64,000 nt of DNA from a virus (lineage: Duplodnaviria; Caudoviricetes), in the IMG/VR virus record IMGVR_UViG_3300004481_002026, positions 2,870 through 66,869 of that record; one strand, written 5' to 3'. The stretch's first letter is position 1; each line of letters opens with the position of its first letter. This document shows, piece after piece, positions 35,430 through 44,264 of this stretch. The notes below the pieces were generated by a model. The model did not search any database and was not told the origin of the DNA. It saw only the letters and a program-made list of their open reading frames with translations. The translations under genes and the position numbers were made by a program.

Positions 35430-35720
35430 ATGGCGGAAGTATCCGTAAAGCCGAAGCGCACGTTTTGGCACGATGAAATCAAGACGAAACGCAGTCCTGC
35501 ATTCGACGTCGAAGTTGGCGTCGCGCATGAACTGAAAGAGCTTGGCCTGGTAGAGATTGAGGGCGCCGTTGAGGCTGCCGAAGTCGAAGCCGACGAAGTC
35601 AAGGTTGGCGATGACAAGGCTGACGAGGTCAATGTCGTCGAAGAGACGGTTGTTGTTGATGCGGTTGTGCCCGCGCAGAAAAAGAAGGGCAAAGCCAATG
35701 CTGTCGACAAAGACTCGTAA
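35430..35720 (+). CDS. Head-associated hypothetical protein
   Basis: GGAGG SD; usual post-capsid position. Confidence 0.7.
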   Translation: MAEVSVKPKRTFWHDEIKTKRSPAFDVEVGVAHELKELGLVEIEGAVEAAEVEADEVKVGDDKADEVNVVEETVVVDAVVPAQKKKGKANAVDKDS

Positions 35721-36039
35721 GCGGCGAGCCGCAAGTTATATCGGGGCGGGCGTCATTGACGGCAGCTTTGCCCCATCCAATTCGGTTGCCCCGACGATTA
35801 CCGGAACGGCGCAGGTTGGTCAGGCGCTGACATCCACCACGGGCACTTGGGATGAAGCCCCTGTGCTCACACGGCAGTGGAAAGCGGCTGGCGTAGCGAT
35901 TGTTGGGGCCACGGCTGCCACATACGTGCCACTGGTTGGCGATGTCGGCAAGGTCATCACCGTGACGGTTACTGGCACGAACGAGCGCGGCTCGGCATCT
36001 GTCACCAGCGCTGCAACGGCAGCAGTAATCGCGGCTTAA
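35698..36039 (+). CDS. Ig-like domain structural protein
   Basis: APTITGTAQVGQALT...RQW...TYVP...ITVTVTG. Confidence 0.7.
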   Translation: MLSTKTRKRRAASYIGAGVIDGSFAPSNSVAPTITGTAQVGQALTSTTGTWDEAPVLTRQWKAAGVAIVGATAATYVPLVGDVGKVITVTVTGTNERGSASVTSAATAAVIAA

Positions 36040-36040
36040 G

Positions 36041-36403
36041 ATGGCACTGGTTGATCTGGAGTTGGCGCGCAAGCAATTGCGCGTCTTTCATGAGGATGAG
36101 AACGCTGAAATCGCGCTCTATCTGGCTGCGGCAGAATCCATCGTCGTTGAGTACCTAGATCGGCCCGTTCTTGCCGCTGACGAGACACTGCCTGAGCCCG
36201 AGGACGAGGGTTACGACGCGACCACTATGCTTGTGACGTCGCCGATCGTGGCTGCCATCCTGCTTGTGATGAGTGACCTGTATGAAAACAGGCAAACGCC
36301 TGAGAAGGATGCTGGCGAGGCTATTTTGCCTCCGACCGTCCGTCGGCTGCTGGCCCCTTGGCGGGTGTGGCGAACCTTTGAAGAGGACGACACATGCGCG
36401 TGA
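36041..36403 (+). CDS. Head-tail connector (gp6-like)
   Basis: LELARKQLRV, AAILLVMSDLYENR. Confidence 0.9.
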   Translation: MALVDLELARKQLRVFHEDENAEIALYLAAAESIVVEYLDRPVLAADETLPEPEDEGYDATTMLVTSPIVAAILLVMSDLYENRQTPEKDAGEAILPPTVRRLLAPWRVWRTFEEDDTCA

Positions 36404-36567
36404 GATTCACCGCCGACTTCGACTGGAAACAGCCAGGGTTCACCGTCGCTTTTAAAAAGGGGATGGTTGAAAACGTCCGCCGGATTTGCGGCGACGAGGC
36501 TATCGCGGCTGGCAAGGCTGAGTTAGCCGGCAAGCGGGAGGTGACTGCGGATGGCGAAAAAACCTAG
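36394..36567 (+). CDS. Small conserved phage protein (MRVRFTADFDW...AIAAGKA)
   Basis: Hand-translated; GAGG SD; lies between connector genes. Confidence 0.6.
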   Translation: MRVRFTADFDWKQPGFTVAFKKGMVENVRRICGDEAIAAGKAELAGKREVTADGEKT

Positions 36568-36904
36568 CGCGGGAGCCATGCGCCAGAAGGTCTACTTCCA
36601 GCGTCGTGTTGAAGTTGAGGATGATTTCGGAAACACCGTCGCTGATTTCCAGACCATATTCACCGATGCTGCCGAGTTCATCCCCTTAAGGGGTGGTGAG
36701 GGCGTGCAGGCAGCCCGCCTGACGGGCATCCAACCATATATCGTCCGTGTACGCAGTTCGGTTCAAACGCGCGCTGTAGGGGCTGACTGGCAGATTGTGG
36801 ACGCTCGCTCCGGCGTTGTCTACGCGATTACGGCGCCTCCGACGAACCAAGACCAGAAGAACGCTTGGCTGGACATTATGGTTACGCAGGGTGTTGCGGG
36901 GTAG
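36551..36904 (+). CDS. Head closure / head-tail adaptor
   Basis: AGAMRQKVYFQR...DDFG, IVRVR, YAI. Confidence 0.88.
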   Translation: MAKKPSAGAMRQKVYFQRRVEVEDDFGNTVADFQTIFTDAAEFIPLRGGEGVQAARLTGIQPYIVRVRSSVQTRAVGADWQIVDARSGVVYAITAPPTNQDQKNAWLDIMVTQGVAG

Positions 36905-36907
36905 GTT

Positions 36908-37402
36908 ATGGCGCTGAAGACCCGGATCATTGGCCGTGAAGCACTGATGGCCAGACTGAATAGGCTCGCGCCTAACGTCGAGACAGAAGTCGCGCTTGTT
37001 AAACTTCAGGTCATGAAGGATGTGGCAAGCGCTATTTCGGCAAACGCCCCGACCGGCGCGACCCTTGAATACATGGAAAGCATCGAGGCGGACTACATCA
37101 GGAACCGCCCACACCAAGAACTGACCGGCATTCAAGAGACAAAAGACCCATCGGCTGCAGCTGTTTTCGCGCCTTTCTATTGGCGGTTTTTGGAATTTGG
37201 TACTGATCCCCACAGCACGGCAAAAGGTGGTGGAACGGTAGCTGGGAAAAAACTTGCAGCCACGAAAACGACTGGTATGCACCCCGGCACAACCGCGCAG
37301 CCGCATATCTTTCACGTCTGGCGCGCCATGAAAAAGAAAGCCAAGCAGCGGATTAACCGCGCTGTCGGCAAGGCTGTAAAACTTGCGATGGAAAAAAGAT
37401 AA
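36908..37402 (+). CDS. HK97 gp10-like neck/tail protein
   Basis: WRFLEFGT...AQPHIF motif. Confidence 0.85.
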   Translation: MALKTRIIGREALMARLNRLAPNVETEVALVKLQVMKDVASAISANAPTGATLEYMESIEADYIRNRPHQELTGIQETKDPSAAAVFAPFYWRFLEFGTDPHSTAKGGGTVAGKKLAATKTTGMHPGTTAQPHIFHVWRAMKKKAKQRINRAVGKAVKLAMEKR

Positions 37403-37818
37403 TGGCCGCACCAGAGCTTGAACTTCAGGGAGCTATGCTCGCCAGACTTAAGGCAGACACGACTCTGACTCCTCTCGTAAATGGTGTTTATGACCAGCCG
37501 CCCGATAATCGATGGGCCACGCCCAAGGAAGGTTATGTCACGATTGGAGAGGCGCAAACACTTCGTGATGATGCGACGTGCCTTGAGGGTGGGCAGATTT
37601 ACTTAACTCTTCATGCGTGGTCGAGGAAGGTAGGTTATTCGGCGGTCAAGGCTATTGCCGATGCGGCGGTAGAATCTCTCCACTTAGCGCCACTAACGCT
37701 TCCCACCAACAGGCTAATTTCATTGATGCACCGACAGACGCGGGCTTTCCGCGACACAGACGGATCAACCAGTCACGCGGTCATAGAGTTTATCGCTAAC
37801 TTCGACAAGCCTGCATAG
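37402..37818 (+). CDS. Tail terminator (DUF3168-like)
   Basis: ELQGAMLARL, VYDQPP, YVTIGE, LHAWSR, HAVI. Confidence 0.85.
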   Translation: MAAPELELQGAMLARLKADTTLTPLVNGVYDQPPDNRWATPKEGYVTIGEAQTLRDDATCLEGGQIYLTLHAWSRKVGYSAVKAIADAAVESLHLAPLTLPTNRLISLMHRQTRAFRDTDGSTSHAVIEFIANFDKPA

Positions 37819-37890
37819 CCTCCACCACAAAAATCACCACACCACCACGCCTGGCCATGTGCCGGGTTTTTTGTTTTAAGGAACCTACAC

Positions 37891-38322
37891 ATGCCACAGC
37901 AACTCGGTCGCCTGCTTCTTATCCAGATTGGCAACGGCGAAGATCCCGGCCCTGAGACATTCACGAACCTGTGCGGCTTGAAAACGCGCAGCTTCAGCCT
38001 TTCGGCTAACCAGATCGACACATCGATTCCTTCCTGCACCAATCCCGGCGATGAGGTTATCAAGACGTCGCGTCCCGGCATGGTAGACAGGACGTTTACC
38101 GGCTCTGGTGCATTCGTTTCGTCCGTCGTGATGTCGGCATTCATGGAGAAAGTTATCAATGCCGAGGTCTTCAACGCGAAGATTATCGTCCCAGGCGTCG
38201 GCACTTTCTCCGGCCCGTTCTTCGTTACCGACTTCGAAGCTTCTGGCGACATGGAAAACAACATGGAATTCAGCGCCACGTTCGTTCCTGGCGATGCCGT
38301 CACTTTTGTGGCCGAGGTGTAA
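37891..38322 (+). CDS. Major tail tube protein
   Basis: GRLLLIQIG, CGLKTRSFSL, GTFSGPF, siphovirus/GTA-type. Confidence 0.9.
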   Translation: MPQQLGRLLLIQIGNGEDPGPETFTNLCGLKTRSFSLSANQIDTSIPSCTNPGDEVIKTSRPGMVDRTFTGSGAFVSSVVMSAFMEKVINAEVFNAKIIVPGVGTFSGPFFVTDFEASGDMENNMEFSATFVPGDAVTFVAEV

Positions 38323-38325
38323 CGC

Positions 38326-38676
38326 ATGGCGGAACCTGTAAACGGAGCGCGCGGCGAGGTCTCGCTTAAGATCGACGACGTCGAACTGGTTATTGCGGCG
38401 ACGATGGGCGGCCTTGCGGCCGTCTCCACTCGCCTGCAGTGCAAGTCTATGTCCGATCTGTTCCTTCGCCTGGCCAACGTTGAAATTGCAGCAACTCTTG
38501 TTGCGATTGATCTGCTGACCATCAAGGGCGACAAGGACGCAGCATTGTCAAAGCTTAATATCAGGCATTTCGGCGACGTTGCCGCTGCCTTTGAGGCTGC
38601 TCTATCTGCCCACATGGGCGACGACGCGGGAAACGAACCAGCCGTCGAGGCAAAAGCCAAGACGGCGAAGAAATAG
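38326..38676 (+). CDS. Tail assembly chaperone G (GTA gp10-like)
   Basis: NGARGEV motif; between tail tube and tape measure genes. Confidence 0.85.
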   Translation: MAEPVNGARGEVSLKIDDVELVIAATMGGLAAVSTRLQCKSMSDLFLRLANVEIAATLVAIDLLTIKGDKDAALSKLNIRHFGDVAAAFEAALSAHMGDDAGNEPAVEAKAKTAKK

Positions 38677-38867
38677 ACGATATCGTTTCCATCGTCAGGG
38701 CGTGGTCGAAAACTGCGCATAAAATCGGGTGGCGGCCGGCAGATTTCTGGCCGTCCACCTTGCGCGAGTTCTTTGACGCTATTGACGCTCAAAACGAGAT
38801 GGGCGGAGATGACGGCTCGGCTCCCACAGAGACGGAGACGCAGAAGCTGATCGCCAAGTATGGCTAA
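38628..38867 (+). other. Programmed -1 frameshift (G GGA AAC at 38628-38634) giving the GT-type chaperone extension
   Basis: Slippery heptamer is in frame; the -1 frame is open to TAA at 38865-38867 and encodes GWRPADFWPSTLREF. Confidence 0.85.
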
Positions 38868-39115
38868 AGCAAAGATTCCGGCAGGCAGGCTACCGAACCG
38901 TAGCCGGTTTCTTCGTTGTATGTTCCCAAGGCTTGGGCGACAATTTTCAGGTCGCGTTTTCTTTCTTCGCACTCGCTTTTTGTGAGATTGCGCGCTGATT
39001 CGCGCTCTGAATTACCTATCGCTTGAACTAGTCGATAGGTTTCTGCGTGGGCTCTCGATCCTGTCATGGCGGTCGTAGCCAGCAGCAAGCAGCCGAGTCT
39101 TCGGTATCTTCTCAT
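38864..39115 (-). CDS. Small secreted moron protein (signal peptide, two Cys in the mature part)
   Basis: MRRYRRLGCLLLATTAMTGSRAHA signal-like; antisense between chaperone and tape measure. Confidence 0.6.
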   Translation of the reverse strand: MRRYRRLGCLLLATTAMTGSRAHAETYRLVQAIGNSERESARNLTKSECEERKRDLKIVAQALGTYNEETGYGSVACLPESLL

Positions 39116-39179
39116 AGCCATCCCAATCATTGAGCCCGCCTTAGCGCGGGCTTTTCCATTTTTATAAGGCGATGCGCTG

Positions 39180-42100
39180 ATGTCAGACAAGACCGACGAC
39201 CTGATTATTTCCGTCAGCACGGACGTCGCTACCCTCCGTCGGTCTTTGAAGAAGATTGAAGCGGCGATCGGCGAGACCAGCACGGTTGCGGTCAAGAAGT
39301 TCGACAAACTCGGCCAGGATATCGACCGATCGACGACACGAAGCCTTAAGGGCATCGAAAATGCCTATTCGAACCTCGGTCGGAAGATCGCAGGCGTTTT
39401 TGCGGTAATCGGATCCGCGCGCGGTGCGCAGCAGTTGATCGATTCCGCCATTGGAATTCAGAACGCACTTAAGGTTGCTGGCCTTGAGGGCGCGAACCTC
39501 ACGAAGGTTTACAATTCTCTCTTTGCTTCGGCTCAAAAGAATGCCGCTCCAGTTGAGGCGCTTGTCTCGCTGTATAGCAAGCTGGCGCTTAACCAGAAGG
39601 AACTTGGCGCATCTCAGGCCGACCTTCTAAATTTCACGGACAAGATTTCGCTGGCCCTCCGTGTCGGCGGGACGTCTGCGACGGAAGCCAGCGGAGCGCT
39701 CCTTCAATTGAGTCAGGCGCTCGGCAGCGGCGTTGTCAGGGCGGAAGAATTCAACTCCATTCTGGAAGGCGCTCCGACCATCCTGCAGGCAGCAGCGGCT
39801 GGTATTGCGGAAGCGGGCGGCTCTGTCGCTAAGCTTCGCAAGATCATGCTGGACGGCAACCTGTCGTCGAAGGCGCTGTTCGAAGGCACCATTGCAGGCG
39901 CAGCAAGCCTTGAGGCCAAGCTTAAGGGTTCGGAGTCGACGATATCGCAGCGCCTCGTGCGGCTGCAGAACGTCCTCCTCGATACGGCCGGCGAGTTCAA
40001 CTCGTCGACAAAAGCGGGAGAGGTGTTCGGTACGGCGATTGATGATCTTGCCAAAGATATTGGCGATATCGACTTCGACGGACTGATCAGAAAGATTCAG
40101 GGTGTCGTAAAGGCACTCAACAACGGCGCCTCAGACCTGAAGAGTTGGGCTAAGGCCGCCGGCGAGGCAACTGGTGCCGCCAACATCGGTCGGGCGCTTG
40201 CCGGACCTACGGGCACCCGTGACGTCTTTGCTGGCACGCCGCTTGAAGGTTCATTCGTTATCAAAACTCTGGACACTCCAGAGCAGCGCGCGCTTGCATT
40301 GAGCGAGAAGCGCCTTGATGTCGAGAAGAAGATCAAGGAACTGCAGGTCAACGGCGACGCGCCATTGACTGCGGACAGCCCGATTATCAAGGGCAGGATT
40401 GCCGACCTACAGAAGCAGTTGGCCGCTTTGCCCACCGAGGCAGAGGTTGCCAATAAGCCAGCGTTCAAATATCCGGCGCGGCCGTTTACGCCAACGCCTG
40501 TCAACGTCAAGACGGTTTCCATTAAGGATTATCCGGTCGATGGCGACGGCAAGACGAAGAGTAAGGAAGAGAAAGCCGCGTCTAGCGCCAAAAAGGCATA
40601 CGACGCGCTTGTCAAATCAGCCGACGACCGCATTGGCCAGCTTCGGCTGGAATCGGAACTGCTCGGCGAATACGGCGCGGCGACCGATGCGGCGCGCTTC
40701 CGGTTGGATCTGCTCCAGCAGTCCGAGGACAAGGGGCGCAGCCTAAACGAAAAACAAAAAGCCGAGATTGAAGCCAAGGTCGAGCTTTATAAGAAATACT
40801 CGGAAGCACTCGGCCAAGCCAAGCTAAAGCAGGACATGCTGGACGACGCGAAGTTCGCGGGTATGTCGAAGCAGGATCAGGCCATAACGCAGCGCTTGCG
40901 CAGCTACGGGCTTTCCGAAGACCTCGGCGGCGATAATGCCAAGTCTATCCGCAACCGCTTCCAGCAGGAAGAAATCGCGGATGCGACGAAGTCTTTCCTT
41001 TCCGACTTCAGCTCCGGCGTTGTGTCGGGCGGCAAGGATATCGGCGAGGCTTTTGTCGACGCAGTCAAGAATGCCGCTGCCAACGCCATGCAGAAGTCGC
41101 TGGACGCATTGTTCGAGCAGATCGGCAACGGTCTGGCTTCGGCGTTGTTGGGCGGTAAGGCGGCTGCAGCGGCTTCGCCGGTTGGTGCGGCCGCATCCGC
41201 CCTTGCTGCATTCCCCGCCGCACCAGGCAAGGCGGCCTCGGCACTGACATCATTCAATCCAGCCGGCGTATCAAAGACTGGCGTCGGCCTGTCCACGATC
41301 AGCACTGCAAGCGGCCTGACGGCGGATGTAAATGCGAAGTACGCTTCGCAGTTTCAATCGCTGGTCAAAGACCTTGAGGGCACGGGCTACGACATCAAGT
41401 CGATCGGCGGCTACAACTACCGCAACATCGCTGGCACGAACAAGCTATCCAACCACGCGCTCGGCAATGCCATCGACATCAATCCGATGGCAAACCCGGA
41501 CACGGGGCGAGGCGGTCGGCTCATTACCGACATGCCAGCGGGCATCGGCGAGATTGCAAATCGCAATGGTTTCGACTGGGGCGGCGACTGGAAGTCCAAA
41601 AAAGACGCGATGCACTTCGAGGTGTCGTCGGCGAAGTCTGCCTCTGCGGCGCTAGACAAGTTGGCCGGCGCATCCACCGAAACCACCAAGGGCCTTGGGA
41701 GTCTGGCGAGTAGCCTTGCTTCTGGTGGCGCGGCTGGTGGTGGAGGCGGATGGCTGTCGTTCCTCTCCGGAACCTCATTCGGCGGCTCTAAGCAGCTTGC
41801 CGCTTCTGGCGGTATCGGTCTCTTTGATTCCGGCGGCTACACCGGCCCCGGCGGCAAGATGACGCCAGCCGGTATTGTACACAAGGGCGAGTACGTCTTT
41901 GACGCAAAGACCGTCAGCAAACTCGGCATTGGCACACTCGACAAGCTCCGAGGCTATGCAGACGGCGGCCTCGTGGGTGCCCCAGTAGCCCCACGCCTCA
42001 ACGGTCGCCAGTCAGCCGCAGCCAGCAGCAACGGGCCATCGTCCATGGTCGTCCAAATTCAGGGCGCTTCCGGCGATCCGCATGTTCGCGAACTGGTTCG

Positions 42101-42197
42101 GCAGGGTGTTGCGCAGGCTCTTACAGAGAAGAACGACAACGACCGTCGCGGTGGTTGGGGAACACAGCAACAGCGGTACACGTCGCAGAAGGGCTAA
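39180..42197 (+). CDS. Tape measure protein with embedded M15-family peptidoglycan peptidase domain
   Basis: Tape-measure domain ([19 protein letters not shown]); [10 protein letters not shown]...[12 protein letters not shown]...WGGDW...DAMHFE. Confidence 0.93.
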   Translation: MSDKTDDLIISVSTDVATLRRSLKKIEAAIGETSTVAVKKFDKLGQDIDRSTTRSLKGIENAYSNLGRKIAGVFAVIGSARGAQQLIDSAIGIQNALKVAGLEGANLTKVYNSLFASAQKNAAPVEALVSLYSKLALNQKELGASQADLLNFTDKISLALRVGGTSATEASGALLQLSQALGSGVVRAEEFNSILEGAPTILQAAAAGIAEAGGSVAKLRKIMLDGNLSSKALFEGTIAGAASLEAKLKGSESTISQRLVRLQNVLLDTAGEFNSSTKAGEVFGTAIDDLAKDIGDIDFDGLIRKIQGVVKALNNGASDLKSWAKAAGEATGAANIGRALAGPTGTRDVFAGTPLEGSFVIKTLDTPEQRALALSEKRLDVEKKIKELQVNGDAPLTADSPIIKGRIADLQKQLAALPTEAEVANKPAFKYPARPFTPTPVNVKTVSIKDYPVDGDGKTKSKEEKAASSAKKAYDALVKSADDRIGQLRLESELLGEYGAATDAARFRLDLLQQSEDKGRSLNEKQKAEIEAKVELYKKYSEALGQAKLKQDMLDDAKFAGMSKQDQAITQRLRSYGLSEDLGGDNAKSIRNRFQQEEIADATKSFLSDFSSGVVSGGKDIGEAFVDAVKNAAANAMQKSLDALFEQIGNGLASALLGGKAAAAASPVGAAASALAAFPAAPGKAASALTSFNPAGVSKTGVGLSTISTASGLTADVNAKYASQFQSLVKDLEGTGYDIKSIGGYNYRNIAGTNKLSNHALGNAIDINPMANPDTGRGGRLITDMPAGIGEIANRNGFDWGGDWKSKKDAMHFEVSSAKSASAALDKLAGASTETTKGLGSLASSLASGGAAGGGGGWLSFLSGTSFGGSKQLAASGGIGLFDSGGYTGPGGKMTPAGIVHKGEYVFDAKTVSKLGIGTLDKLRGYADGGLVGAPVAPRLNGRQSAAASSNGPSSMVVQIQGASGDPHVRELVRQGVAQALTEKNDNDRRGGWGTQQQRYTSQKG

Positions 42198-42198
42198 C

Positions 42199-42957
42199 AT
42201 GGCCGGATATCTCAACGTCAAGACGCTTGAAGCTAATTTCCTTAACCCGGTGAAGGCAACCTTCGACGTGCAGGGAAGCGGGCTTGAAGGTGGCCGTAAC
42301 GGCAACGGCGAGTCCGTAAGCATGGAAATGACGGGCGGCGGTATTGTTACCGCCGTCTATGAGAACTGCCTTATCAAGGATAAAGAGCAATACGAGTATG
42401 TGAACTGGCTCGGTGCGCGACTGAATGGCTCGTTCCGCTATATCAACGTCCCAATTATCACCGACTGGTTTGGACCATTCCCGACCATTGGCGGCTTGCC
42501 TACTCCGATCGCAAGCGGCATACCGCATTCCGACGGCTCATACTTCGACGACGGCTCCGGCTACAGCCAAGCGACCGTCTACGGCAAGGTACTTGAGAAT
42601 GCAGGGCTGAATTCGGGCACTCTTAAGCTCAGGCTTTATGGCGCAAGCCGTGACATTCGCTGGTCGGAATGGTTTTCGATTTACCACCCTGTCAAGGGGT
42701 GGCGGGCCTACCGAAACTGGGACGTCGTCACCAAGAGCGCCGCCGGTTCCGAAGTCGTGAGTGGCGCAACGTTGGTCTTCAAGGACTACACGCTGGCGCT
42801 TGCTCCACCTCTTCGTGAGGCGGTAACGGCCGGCACCCGCGTCGAGTTCGCGCGCCCTCGCTTTGTCGCCAAGTTCCCAACTGGATTTACGCTGCCATCG
42901 GTCGTTGAGGCGTTCTTTGTGACGCAGCAGACGATGCAGTTTGTGGAGGCTTTTTGA
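42199..42957 (+). CDS. Distal tail / baseplate protein
   Basis: Immediately follows the tape measure gene; start re-assigned to MAGYLN. Confidence 0.75.
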   Translation: MAGYLNVKTLEANFLNPVKATFDVQGSGLEGGRNGNGESVSMEMTGGGIVTAVYENCLIKDKEQYEYVNWLGARLNGSFRYINVPIITDWFGPFPTIGGLPTPIASGIPHSDGSYFDDGSGYSQATVYGKVLENAGLNSGTLKLRLYGASRDIRWSEWFSIYHPVKGWRAYRNWDVVTKSAAGSEVVSGATLVFKDYTLALAPPLREAVTAGTRVEFARPRFVAKFPTGFTLPSVVEAFFVTQQTMQFVEAF

Positions 42958-43154
42958 TGACGAAACGTGACGAGTGGCTGAATGAACTGCGCAACGACAA
43001 TGTCGAAGGCGTCCCGGCGAGCGGGCCTTACAACCCTCGCAAGGACGTGATTCAAGAAATGTGTGGTGCTCTTGGCGTCGCCTTTCCTTTTAATGAGCCG
43101 GTTTTGAAGTCGGATCTGCGCAGCAAGGTCAACGAGTTCTTCGGCTCCCGCTAA
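42957..43154 (+). CDS. Small hypothetical protein
   Basis: TGATG coupling. Confidence 0.55.
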   Translation: MTKRDEWLNELRNDNVEGVPASGPYNPRKDVIQEMCGALGVAFPFNEPVLKSDLRSKVNEFFGSR

Positions 43155-43220
43155 CCACCACCCACCCCCATTCAAAGGCTCGCTCACGCGGGCCTTCTTC
43201 ATTTCTAGTCAGGAATAATC

Positions 43221-43820
43221 ATGGGTTGGGTTCCCGACAACGTCATCGCCGCCTTGGGCCAAAGCCATCAGCTCGGAATCTTCCTCCGCATCGCCACGAC
43301 GCCGGCCTTGCATCTTTGGATGGGGGTCAACGATGTACCGATCGGCTTCGACAGCATCGACCCAGACGGCACGGTCTACATGGGCGGTGGTCGTCTGGTC
43401 GGCGTTCCGACGCTCGAGGTTCTGGTCAACGGCACGTCGGACTCGGTGGAATTCACCATTTCCGGCGTGGATCCAGCAACCGGCGCGAAGATGATCGATA
43501 GCCTGCCAGCCGTTCGCGGTTGCGCGGTGCAAATGGGCCTGACGACGCTAGACGAATACTTCCAGCCGATGTCGGATGTCATTCCGATTTGGAATGGTTC
43601 GGCCAGCCACATCGGCGAGTCGAGCACGGCAGTGCAGGGCACCTCAAGCGCGACGTTGACGCTGTCTTTGTCCGTTGTGACCGGGGAGAACACCCGGTCC
43701 CGTGCGGCTCGTGCTGTCTGGTCGTCTGCCCAGCAGAAGGCCTTTAGCCCTACCGACAAGTTCTGTGATGCGACCGCCCGCCTTGCGCGCGGCGTCGCTC
43801 CAGTTTGGCCGAATTACTAG
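43221..43820 (+). CDS. Baseplate hub-like tail protein
   Basis: AGGA SD; conserved tail-tip position. Confidence 0.75.
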   Translation: MGWVPDNVIAALGQSHQLGIFLRIATTPALHLWMGVNDVPIGFDSIDPDGTVYMGGGRLVGVPTLEVLVNGTSDSVEFTISGVDPATGAKMIDSLPAVRGCAVQMGLTTLDEYFQPMSDVIPIWNGSASHIGESSTAVQGTSSATLTLSLSVVTGENTRSRAARAVWSSAQQKAFSPTDKFCDATARLARGVAPVWPNY

Positions 43821-43847
43821 CCGCCAAGGCCACCCCAAGGACATCAT

Positions 43848-44264
43848 ATGGATTTGCGAGAATTTCTCGCCTTGCCACACCTGTTCGGGTGGGGCGGGGT
43901 GGTCGGCGACGACTGCACGACATGGTGCGCCTCATGGGTGCGCGAGCGCACTGGAATCGACCCGGCGGCCGCCCTGCGCGGCAGCTACTCGACTGAGATC
44001 GGCGCTCACCGCCTCATAGCGAGGGCAGGAGGGCTTGTCGCTCTGGTCGAGCCGACACTGTTGCCTATCGGTCTGGAGCGCACTGACGAGCCCACCGACG
44101 GCGACGTGGCCATCGTTCGTGCAGCGTCATTCGACGGCACCACAGTCTCCGAAATCTCAGCAATCAAATTTGGGCCGCTGTGGGCGATGCTTTCTCCCGG
44201 CCGTGTGGTCGCGAAGAAGGCTGACCTCGTGGCCGCGTGGAGGTTTCCTCATGCTGCGCGATGA
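43848..44264 (+). CDS. NlpC/P60-like tail-associated protein
   Basis: FGWG....DDCTTWCASWV...TGIDP motif. Confidence 0.8.
   Translation: MDLREFLALPHLFGWGGVVGDDCTTWCASWVRERTGIDPAAALRGSYSTEIGAHRLIARAGGLVALVEPTLLPIGLERTDEPTDGDVAIVRAASFDGTTVSEISAIKFGPLWAMLSPGRVVAKKADLVAAWRFPHAAR

Noticed and set aside
14447-38972. Long antisense ORFs such as 14447-15628, 34031-35734 and 37773-38972
   Set aside because: Shadow frames of GC-rich genes with clear sense-strand identity.
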